Shown here in pieces: positions 1 to 7,913 of a DNA stretch of 64,000 nucleotides; positions within the stretch are counted from its first letter, which is position 1, and every line of letters starts with the position of its first letter. The DNA is taken from positions 608,001 through 672,000 of the forward strand of contig JBEPYN010000001.1 of the NCBI GenBank assembly GCA_041641305.1. Reading direction: 5' to 3'. Origin of the DNA: Nitrososphaerota archaeon (lineage in GTDB: Archaea; Thermoproteota; Nitrososphaeria_A; Caldarchaeales; Caldarchaeaceae). The notes under the pieces were generated by a model. The model worked only from the letters and a program-made list of their open reading frames with translations. It did not search any database and was not told the DNA's origin. The position numbers were made by a program, and so were the translations under genes.

Positions 1-348
1 TGCTTTCTGGGCCACGTAGCGCGGGTCTCTGCTGAATCTTCCGCTTCCAAACCCTCTGTAGACGTCGCAGATCATCCGCGCTGTTTTGTTGGGGCCGTTG
101 CTCCACGGAAGAATTGCGAAGGTGCCTGGGTCGGGTTTTAGAACCATGTCGGATTCATGGATGTCGGCGAACCCTCTCAGCGACGAGCCGTCGAGCTTCG
201 CCACACCTTCTCGCAGAGTGTCTTCAGTGAGGTAAGCTGATGTGATTGTGACGTGGTGAAGCTTGCCGGGCAGGTCCGTCAGCTGTAGGTCTATGAATCG
301 GATGCCATTCTCCCTTACGCGCTCAACAATTTCTGTTAATTCCATCAT
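1..348 (-). CDS. glnA: Glutamine synthetase type I, N-terminal part (gene runs off the left edge)
   Basis: Manual translation MMELTEIVERVRENGIRFIDLQLTDLPGKLHHVTI...LDGSSLRGFADIHESDMVLKPDPGTFAILPW; DGSS/ESDM/PDP motifs of GS-I. Not in the ORF track. Confidence 0.93.
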   Translation of the reverse strand, partial: MMELTEIVERVRENGIRFIDLQLTDLPGKLHHVTITSAYLTEDTLREGVAKLDGSSLRGFADIHESDMVLKPDPGTFAILPWSNGPNKTARMICDVYRGFGSGRFSRDPRYVAQKA

Positions 349-408
349 CTTGTTCACCGCTCAACAAGTTTTATTTAACCAAAGAGCCAATATTTAATGC
401 TATTTTTT

Positions 409-442
409 GTCGGATAGCCGACGAATAATTTTTCTTTCGTCG
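409..442. promoter_or_regulatory. Overlapping inverted repeats between the divergent glnA and 499-ORF promoters; candidate operator
   Basis: GTCGG-ATAG-CCGAC (409-422) and CGACGAA-N10-TTCGTCG (419-442). Confidence 0.4.
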
Positions 443-498
443 TTTTGACCATTACATTGGCAAGTCACGTTTTTTAATCGGCGGAAGATGGCAAAAGC

Positions 499-852
499 AT
501 GAGACCCGCCGCTCTGTTACTTGTTTTGCTTCTTTCTCTTTGGCAGCTTGCTCAAGGTTTGGCGATGCGTTTCGAGATGGTTGAGCCTGAGATGGTTCGC
601 CCTATTCATATCGGGGTGGGCGTTTTGACAGCTCTCATACTGCTTGGCCTCGTCAGGTCTGCGAGAAGACAGGGTGAACGCATCGGCTCAGACCTCACTT
701 TCATTTTCCTGTTGATAGTTTTTCAGGGTTTGGCGGGGCTGTTCATCCTAGCCGAAATCACGTTAGCGGCTGTGATACACCTTGTTTTGTCGTTTTTTGT
801 CGTGGGAGCCGTGGCTGGTGCACTGGTTTTAGCCGCGTCTGAGCAGGGTTAG
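499..852 (+). CDS. 4-TM membrane protein resembling one half of heme A synthase (COX15/CtaA)
   Basis: Four hydrophobic helices with QxxxG / H / QGxxG / H pattern; TATA-like TTTTTAAT about 25 nt upstream. Confidence 0.5.
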   Translation: MRPAALLLVLLLSLWQLAQGLAMRFEMVEPEMVRPIHIGVGVLTALILLGLVRSARRQGERIGSDLTFIFLLIVFQGLAGLFILAEITLAAVIHLVLSFFVVGAVAGALVLAASEQG

Positions 853-1253
853 GCTTTAAACAGATAGAGAGACAACGCCGCCACCGTCACCGTCAAAACA
901 TGAGCGGCGGTACATAGGATGCAGACCGCTCCGATGAGACCGAGCTCAACATAGACGAGTAATGCCACAGCGGCCACGCCTACAACCGACCATCCCAACA
1001 CAAGCTTCTCAAACCGTTTACTGTTGTTGGCTAGCATGGATAATGACGCCGCAGCAGCAAACCATACAACACCGTAGAAGGCGGTCGGCACGCCGAGAAA
1101 CTTTGCATATGGGCTGGAAAGCACTGTATCACATGACAGAAAACTGGATATTTCACAGAACTGCGGCGGGGGCAGGAGAGTCAGGTAAATGCTTAGAAAA
1201 AGTCCCATGAGCGAGACTGCGAATATCAGATACGGAATCATCTCTTTTTTCAT
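849..1253 (-). CDS. Vitamin K epoxide reductase (VKOR) family protein
   Basis: Loop cysteines CEISSFLSC, VLSSPY, GVP, active-site CILC in last TM. Confidence 0.9.
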   Translation of the reverse strand: MKKEMIPYLIFAVSLMGLFLSIYLTLLPPPQFCEISSFLSCDTVLSSPYAKFLGVPTAFYGVVWFAAAASLSMLANNSKRFEKLVLGWSVVGVAAVALLVYVELGLIGAVCILCTAAHVLTVTVAALSLYLFKA

Positions 1254-1843
1254 CCGAGGAGCTTGTCGAGTTCGTTTGCCAAGGCTTCGTAGGTCTGCTC
1301 GCCCTCAAGTTTTGCGGATATTATGCCGTTTTTGTTCACGACTATGTATGTGGGTGTTCCGCGTACACCGTATTGGCGGAAGATTTCGAGCTGAGCGTCG
1401 AAGCCGACAGGCCATGTTACGCCATAGTTTTTGATGAACTGCGCCGTTTTCTGCGCATCAGTGTTGTATCCTCCAGCAACCGTGATGAAAACCACACCTT
1501 TTTCAGCGTAGTTTTGGTGAAGTCTCTCCACGATGGGCGCCATGTTCCGGCAGTGAACACACCATTCATGGATGAAGTCGATGAAGTATATTTGTCCCGT
1601 GTCTGGTCTAAAGGTGACCTTCTCCTGCTTCAGACCCGTCGCATCGATTAGGTCGAGGCTGAAAGGTGTGGCAACGTCGCCTGTGTTGACGGAGTTTCCC
1701 TGCCCTGTCGTGGCTATTGTGGAGAAGTTTCCTGAAGGCGGAGTAGCCACCAAGTAGGCGATGAATGCTACAAGCAGAGCGGCCGGTAGGACTGCCAAGT
1801 AGGTAGATAACTGACGCTTCTTCTTAGCCTTCTTGGGAGGCAT
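1250..1843 (-). CDS. Membrane-anchored thioredoxin-like (TlpA/DsbA-type) oxidoreductase
   Basis: Basic N-terminus plus TM, WCVHC, GTPT cis-Pro loop; start taken at MPPKK; overlaps VKOR start. Confidence 0.88.
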   Translation of the reverse strand: MPPKKAKKKRQLSTYLAVLPAALLVAFIAYLVATPPSGNFSTIATTGQGNSVNTGDVATPFSLDLIDATGLKQEKVTFRPDTGQIYFIDFIHEWCVHCRNMAPIVERLHQNYAEKGVVFITVAGGYNTDAQKTAQFIKNYGVTWPVGFDAQLEIFRQYGVRGTPTYIVVNKNGIISAKLEGEQTYEALANELDKLLG

Positions 1844-1935
1844 TTTGTCCCAACCGTCTCTCATCCACAGCCAGCTATTAATCATTTTTGAAAAACTCTT
1901 ACAGAGTTATATTGTTGGTCAAGAGTTTTCAGACA

Positions 1936-3339
1936 ATGGCTGTGCAGAGTAGGCTGCTTCTCCTCGGTCTTCTGGTTGGGATTTTTCTTGCGGCGATAGA
2001 CTCGACGGTGGTGGCGGTGGCCCTGCCGTCGATAGTTTCATCTCTTGCGGGGTTGGAAATTTACAGCTGGGCTTTCACGGCGTATATTCTCACTTCTACG
2101 GTGACGGGGCCGCTGTGGGGTAAGATCAGCGACATCTATGGCCGCCGCTACATCTACGGGGCCGGTGTCGCGATTTTTCTCGCCGGTAGTTTGCTCTGTG
2201 GGGTGGCGCAGGATATGGTTCAGCTGGTGCTGTTCCGCGGGATACAGGGCCTCGGCGGCGGTGCTCTGCTTGTTCTCACCTTCACCATAGTGGGTGAAAT
2301 CTTCACATTAAAGGAACGGGCTAAAGCCACGGCCTACACCTCCTCTGTCTGGGCCATAGCAAGCATCGTGGGCCCTCCTCTCGGCGGGTTCATAGTCGAC
2401 AGCGTTGGATGGCGGTGGATATTTTTGATAAATCTTCCAGTCGGGCTGCTCTGTCTCACCGCGGTTACACGTAGCCTCAAATCCACAGCACATGCAGAAT
2501 CCAAGATTGACTTCAGCGGCTCTATCCTGTTCCTAATCGCTGCTTCTGCGCTACTGCTTTACCTATCAGAGTTTCAAAACATCGGCGAGACAGCGCCACT
2601 CATCCTGTTAACATCTGGAGCGGCTTTCACGCTTTTCTTCTACAACGAACGCAGGTCACCCAGCCCCCTCATCCCGTTCCACCTCTTCCGAGAAAAGCTT
2701 CTCCGAACCGGGTTTATAGGCAACCTATTGGCAGGGTTTGTTTTCTTCGGCATAATAGCCTACATGCCTCTTTATCTCCAGACGGTCCTAGGCTACTCCG
2801 CCACCTTTTCCGGATTGCTGCTTCTCCCCCTCGTCCTCGGATGGGTTGTCAGCTCCAACGCCGCCGCACAGTTGGCAATCAGAGCTTCTCTAAAGATCCC
2901 AGCCATATTGAGCGGTGTCTTCCTCTTGATTGGAACGCTGTTTCTGATGCTTGCTTCGGGTAACATGCCTGTTTTGTTGACGGGGTTTGCTTTGACAGGT
3001 TTGGGCATGGGCTTCACCGTCTCCACTTTCCTCATCGCCACGCAGACCGTTGTTCCACGGGGGGTTCTCGGTGTCGCAACCTCCTTGCTCAGCTTCCTAA
3101 GGCTGATGGGTGGAGCTATCTCGGCCGCTGTGCTCTGGCTTCCCATAGGGGCGATGGTTAGAGACCTAGAGCTGCAGCAAAGCGTCGTCGTCACCCTTTC
3201 CGAAGCGGAGAAAGCGGCTTTCAGCGCAGGCTTCTCACAATCCCTCGCAATAGCAGTTGCAGCTTCTGCCGCGGCCCTCGCACTATACCTGTTCACACCC
3301 AGCATCAAGCTCGCCAAACTCGGCGACAAACCATCCTAA
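1936..3339 (+). CDS. MFS drug:H+ antiporter (DHA2, EmrB/QacA-like)
   Basis: DSTVVAVALP, GKISDIYGRR, GPPLGG, WRWIFLINLP. Confidence 0.9.
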   Translation: MAVQSRLLLLGLLVGIFLAAIDSTVVAVALPSIVSSLAGLEIYSWAFTAYILTSTVTGPLWGKISDIYGRRYIYGAGVAIFLAGSLLCGVAQDMVQLVLFRGIQGLGGGALLVLTFTIVGEIFTLKERAKATAYTSSVWAIASIVGPPLGGFIVDSVGWRWIFLINLPVGLLCLTAVTRSLKSTAHAESKIDFSGSILFLIAASALLLYLSEFQNIGETAPLILLTSGAAFTLFFYNERRSPSPLIPFHLFREKLLRTGFIGNLLAGFVFFGIIAYMPLYLQTVLGYSATFSGLLLLPLVLGWVVSSNAAAQLAIRASLKIPAILSGVFLLIGTLFLMLASGNMPVLLTGFALTGLGMGFTVSTFLIATQTVVPRGVLGVATSLLSFLRLMGGAISAAVLWLPIGAMVRDLELQQSVVVTLSEAEKAAFSAGFSQSLAIAVAASAAALALYLFTPSIKLAKLGDKPS

Positions 3340-3381
3340 ACCGCTCGAAAGGAATTTATCATCCCCCTGAAGCATAATCAT

Positions 3382-5007
3382 ATGCCGAAATACATCTTCG
3401 TAACAGGCGGCGTCGTCAGCAGCGTCGGCAAAGGAACTGTGGCCGCCTCTATTGGAAAAATCTTATCGGTACGTGGTGTGAAAACTGGGTTTCTGAAGAT
3501 AGACCCATACGTCAACGTCGACGCCGGAACACTAAACCCCTTCTCACATGGAGAAGTGTTTGTAACAGACGACGGCGCGGAAACAGACCTCGACCTCGGC
3601 TGGTATGAACGCTTTCTCGACGTTAGAACATCGAGGAAAAACAACATAACAACCGGGCAAATCTATGCAGAGGTCATCGCGAGAGAGAGGCGAGGCGACT
3701 ACCTTGGCCAGTGTGTCCAGATAGTTCCTCACGTGACTGATGAGATTAAGAGAAGGATTCGGGAGGCTGCGGATGGTGTGAATGTTCTGATTGTTGAGGT
3801 TGGTGGAACAGTTGGGGATATCGAGGGTCAGCCGTTTCTAGAGGCGGTTAGGCAGATGCGTCTCGAGGAGGGTGTGGAGAACACCTTGTTTGTCCACGTC
3901 GCGCTTGTGCTCACCCTCAAGGCGACGGGCGAGTTCAAGACAAAGGCGCTTCAACACAGCGTCAACACCCTCAGAGCACTTGGCATCCAGCCAGACATCA
4001 TCGTGGCGAGAAGCGACAAGCCGATAGACCAGGAGGCGCGGCGCAAGATTGCCCTCTTTGGCACAATCTCGGAGAAAGCCGTCTTTTCATCCCATGATGT
4101 CGACTGTGTATACAAGGTTCCGGTGGTTTTGGAGAAGCAGGGTATGGGTGATTTCTTGGTTACCCGTCTCGGACTATCGGCATCGACACCGGACTGGAGA
4201 GAGTGGAATCATGTGTTGGCGCTGTATGACAACGCGGCTTTCCCTGTCAAGATAGCTGTCTGCGGAAAATACACGAAGCTCGCCGACTCCTACGTAAGCG
4301 TTAAGGAGGCTCTGCAGCATGCGGGCGTGAACATAGGCGCCCGCGTGGAGATTGACTGGGTCAACACAGAGGAGTTTGAAAACGGTTCAAGGAGTTTGGA
4401 GACACTCCGCGGCTATGACGGTGTTTTGGTGCCTGGGGGCTTTGGGAAAAGAGGGACTGAGGGGATGATTGAATGCATAAAATTCAGCAGATTAAACGAC
4501 ATCCCATTCCTCGGAATATGTTTCGGCTTGCAGCTCTCTGTCATAGAGTTTGCGCGCAACGTCTGCGGCCTCGCTGGGGCGAACTCGACTGAGCTAAGCC
4601 CGGAGACACCTCATCCCGTCATCGACCTTATGCCTGAGCAGCGGCGGATAAAAGAGTTCGGCGGAACCATGAGGCTTGGCGCATTAACCGTGAAACTCGT
4701 CAAAGGCACCTTGGCGCATAGATTGTATGGAGCAGATGAGATTCGCCAGCGACATCGGCACAGGTATGAAGTTAACCAAACATACTGGGAGACGCTGCAG
4801 AGGAATGGCTTGGTCTTCTCCGGTTTTTCACCTGAGGGAGACCGCGTCGAGGTCGTCGAGTATCCCTTGAACCGGTTCTTCCTCGCGACACAGTTTCATC
4901 CCGAGTATCTCTCGCGACCAAACAGGCCCGACCCAGCGTATCATGGGTTTGTGAAAGCTGCGATGGAGAGGAGAAAGGCTCTCAGGACAGCTGAGGCCAT
5001 GGCCTAA
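3382..5007 (+). CDS. pyrG: CTP synthase
   Basis: GGVVSSVGKG, DLDLG, GICFG nucleophile, RHRHRYE, QFHPE. Confidence 0.98.
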   Translation: MPKYIFVTGGVVSSVGKGTVAASIGKILSVRGVKTGFLKIDPYVNVDAGTLNPFSHGEVFVTDDGAETDLDLGWYERFLDVRTSRKNNITTGQIYAEVIARERRGDYLGQCVQIVPHVTDEIKRRIREAADGVNVLIVEVGGTVGDIEGQPFLEAVRQMRLEEGVENTLFVHVALVLTLKATGEFKTKALQHSVNTLRALGIQPDIIVARSDKPIDQEARRKIALFGTISEKAVFSSHDVDCVYKVPVVLEKQGMGDFLVTRLGLSASTPDWREWNHVLALYDNAAFPVKIAVCGKYTKLADSYVSVKEALQHAGVNIGARVEIDWVNTEEFENGSRSLETLRGYDGVLVPGGFGKRGTEGMIECIKFSRLNDIPFLGICFGLQLSVIEFARNVCGLAGANSTELSPETPHPVIDLMPEQRRIKEFGGTMRLGALTVKLVKGTLAHRLYGADEIRQRHRHRYEVNQTYWETLQRNGLVFSGFSPEGDRVEVVEYPLNRFFLATQFHPEYLSRPNRPDPAYHGFVKAAMERRKALRTAEAMA

Positions 5008-6269
5008 ACCACGGGTTTTCTCCTGCCAAGCTTCACCCGCAGCGTAAGCAGTCTTTCACCTCTAAACAAAAACGCCGCCAACCCTATGATGGCAACCGTC
5101 CACGCAACCATTACCGCGACGTGCAGCAATATGTTGAGGTAGCTGGACTCGAGTATTGCCTGTGTAGCAAGCATGAGATGGGTGTAGGGGTTGACTAGGA
5201 TGATTGTTGCAAACGGTTGCTGTAGGGTGTGGATGCCTCCCATCAGAAAAAGTAGCAGGGGTAGCAGGATTAGAGGTATCTGTAGAAGGCTCGCCAATTG
5301 TTGACTGCCTCTCACGTCCCCGGCCAACACACCAGCCAAAACACCGATCCCAAGGGTCATAACCAAGGCGAAAAAAAGCACCATAGCAAGCAGAATGAGG
5401 TTGAGTGGAGAGAGGTCCAAACTTAAGCCGATGCCCGCGAAAGCCCTAATCCTGGAGAAGTAGAAGATGAACCCGGCCATCAGGGATGCTGTGCCCAGCA
5501 AAGCAACCACGGTAGAGCCCAGCAGCTTAGAGGCCAAAATGGTTGACCTGCTGATTGGATAGGTGAGGAGCATTTCTAGGGTTTTCGCCTCCTTCTCAAG
5601 ACCGATGCTGGTCGCCGCAACCGTTCCCGAAGTTGTGATAACAATTATTAGAACCATGGGTATCATGATGGTGGATGCGAAAAACTGTTGAAACAGTTGC
5701 CCGACCTCCGTCTCTGAAAGTGTTTGTTCACGGTAGAGAACCTCGCTTGACAGGGATATGGGCTGCCTGTAGAAAGAAACAGCCACACCCTCCTCCGATG
5801 CCAAGGCTTCACCCACCAAAGAAGCGGCCGCTAAGACTTTGTCACGCACATCTCCGACTTTGCCGAACTCTGTTACCGAGGATGAGCCGAGCTTCAAAAC
5901 AAGGCTCACCATCGGCCTATTTTTCCTCTCCAGCTGTGATGAGAAGCCGTCTGGAATGATGACCACGGCGAGTGCTCGGCTGTTTTTCAAAAGCTCGGAG
6001 ACATCATCGCCTACGTTCTGGACAATCTCTGGATTGAGGCCCGTTTTTTTCAGAGCTTCCAAAAAAAGTGAAGCATATCTGCCTCCGTCTTGGTCGACTA
6101 CTATAACCGAGGTCGTGGAAACGGCTCCGCCATCAGACTCGCCCACAGGCCCCATGGCTAACCCTAACAGCGGAAATATTACGAGGGGCATGAGCACAAC
6201 CCCTATCAAGATTGTTTTCTCACTTAGCAGCTCTCTCAGCTCCTTCATCAAAAGAGGTGACAGACTCAA
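5004..6269 (-). CDS. ABC-2 exporter permease (NatB-like)
   Basis: EKEAKTLEMLL motif, large extracellular loop, 6 TM. Confidence 0.88.
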   Translation of the reverse strand: MSLSPLLMKELRELLSEKTILIGVVLMPLVIFPLLGLAMGPVGESDGGAVSTTSVIVVDQDGGRYASLFLEALKKTGLNPEIVQNVGDDVSELLKNSRALAVVIIPDGFSSQLERKNRPMVSLVLKLGSSSVTEFGKVGDVRDKVLAAASLVGEALASEEGVAVSFYRQPISLSSEVLYREQTLSETEVGQLFQQFFASTIMIPMVLIIVITTSGTVAATSIGLEKEAKTLEMLLTYPISRSTILASKLLGSTVVALLGTASLMAGFIFYFSRIRAFAGIGLSLDLSPLNLILLAMVLFFALVMTLGIGVLAGVLAGDVRGSQQLASLLQIPLILLPLLLFLMGGIHTLQQPFATIILVNPYTHLMLATQAILESSYLNILLHVAVMVAWTVAIIGLAAFLFRGERLLTLRVKLGRRKPVV

Positions 6270-6982
6270 GATATTCCACCGACCTTTTTGACGAAGAGCT
6301 CCTCAAGGTTCTGGACGTGGTTGGACGCTGTCAATTCTCGTGGTTTTCCCTCGGCTATGACCTGTCCTCTGTGTATGAGTGCTATGCGGTCGCAGAGGTA
6401 GTCGACCTCGAGCATGTTGTGGCTCGAGACTATGAAGGTTGTTCCCCGCTCCGTGTATTGTCGGATGATTTTTCTCACGTATACGCTGTGCTCAACATCG
6501 AGGCCCGCGGTTGGCTCGTCGAGGATGGCGAGCCTCGGCTCCACCATCAAGCAGCTGGCAAGCAAAATTCTCCTCTTCATCCCCTTGCTGTATTCACCCA
6601 TCCTCCGGTCAACGGCATCGCCAAGCCCAGATATCTCAACACCTTGTTCAACAGCCGAGGAGCCGAGACCATACACCCTGCCAACCATTTTGAGGAAACT
6701 TCTGCCGGTGAGGTTTTTGTAAACACCTGCTTCTTCTGGCAGATATGTGATCATTTTCCTGACCTCAGAAGCTTCTTTCACCACGTCTTTCCCAAACACC
6801 TTGGCTGTGCCGCGGCTGGGGTGGAGTAGTGTCGCCAGTATTCTGAAAGTCGTTGTCTTTCCCGCGCCGTTGGGCCCAATAAGCCCGAAGACACCGCCCT
6901 CCTCCACAACCAAGTCAACACCCCTTAGCACCGGGTTGTCTCCGAAAAACCGCCAAACCCCATCGGCCACAACGGCATCCAT
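6266..6982 (-). CDS. ABC exporter ATP-binding subunit
   Basis: GPNGAGKTT, YSKGMKRR, LDEPT, SSH. Confidence 0.95.
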   Translation of the reverse strand: MDAVVADGVWRFFGDNPVLRGVDLVVEEGGVFGLIGPNGAGKTTTFRILATLLHPSRGTAKVFGKDVVKEASEVRKMITYLPEEAGVYKNLTGRSFLKMVGRVYGLGSSAVEQGVEISGLGDAVDRRMGEYSKGMKRRILLASCLMVEPRLAILDEPTAGLDVEHSVYVRKIIRQYTERGTTFIVSSHNMLEVDYLCDRIALIHRGQVIAEGKPRELTASNHVQNLEELFVKKVGGIS

Positions 6983-7026
6983 ACCATATCTTCCAAATAC
7001 ATCAATAAATTGTTGAACACGGTGTT

Positions 7027-7887
7027 TTGGCGACGTTGTGGGAGCAGCTTCCGGCTGTCTATGGTTTGGCGTCGGCGATTAGCTGGGGTGCTGGAGACTT
7101 TTACGGAGGATACGCATCCAAAAAAGCAAGCGTGCTCATGGTTGTGGCTGTTTCACAGGCCCTCGGCTGCGCCCTCCTTCTAACCCTCGCCACAATATCG
7201 GGAGAGAAGCCGCCGACAACCAACGACATCTACTGGTCAGCCGCGGCCGGCTTCTTCAGCGGCCTCGGAATAACGCTTTACTACGCCGCGCTCTCACGTG
7301 GGTTGATGGGCATCGCCGCCCCCGTCACAGGTGTTTTGACGGCTGCGGTGCCCGCTGTAGCTGGTGCTTTTCTCGAAGGCGCGCCTTCACCTCTTCAAGC
7401 CACAGGGTTCCTTCTAGCTTTCATCGGCATATTCCTCGTCACCGGCCCGGATGTGAACAGGCTTGACGTAACACGTCAGCTCGCTCCAGCAGCGGCCGCT
7501 GGCCTCGGCTTCGGCCTCTTCCTCGTAACCATCGGACAAGTCTCGACGGGCCACTACTACCCCCTCGCAATCTCGAGGATTGTCACGGTCTCGATGGTCC
7601 TCGCCGCATCCCTAGCAAAAGGCGGCACCTCTCTAAGCAACAGCCGTCTCCCAACCCTGGCAGCAGGCATCTTCGACACAGGAGGCAGCTTCTTCTACCT
7701 ACTGGCCCGTCAACAGGGAAGGCTCGACGTATCGGGCGTGCTCTCATCACTCTACCCCGTGTCAACCGTTCTCCTAGCAAAACTAATCCTCGGCGAAAAA
7801 CTCGGCAAACAAAAAACAGTGGGAATACTATGCGCCGCAGCAGCGACAACCCTAATACAAATAGCAAACATTTACACGAACGGCTGA
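7027..7887 (+). CDS. EamA/DMT family transporter
   Basis: Two 5-TM repeats, WGAGDF, LSSLYP, LGEKL. Confidence 0.85.
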   Translation: MATLWEQLPAVYGLASAISWGAGDFYGGYASKKASVLMVVAVSQALGCALLLTLATISGEKPPTTNDIYWSAAAGFFSGLGITLYYAALSRGLMGIAAPVTGVLTAAVPAVAGAFLEGAPSPLQATGFLLAFIGIFLVTGPDVNRLDVTRQLAPAAAAGLGFGLFLVTIGQVSTGHYYPLAISRIVTVSMVLAASLAKGGTSLSNSRLPTLAAGIFDTGGSFFYLLARQQGRLDVSGVLSSLYPVSTVLLAKLILGEKLGKQKTVGILCAAAATTLIQIANIYTNG

Positions 7888-7913
7888 GCTGATGTCGTTT
7901 CGTGTGTTAGTTG

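Noticed and set aside
2793-3329. Long antisense or alternate-frame ORFs (also 6212-6829, 18931-19467, 61752-62330, 63148-63654)
   Set aside because: Shadows of strongly supported genes, with no motifs.
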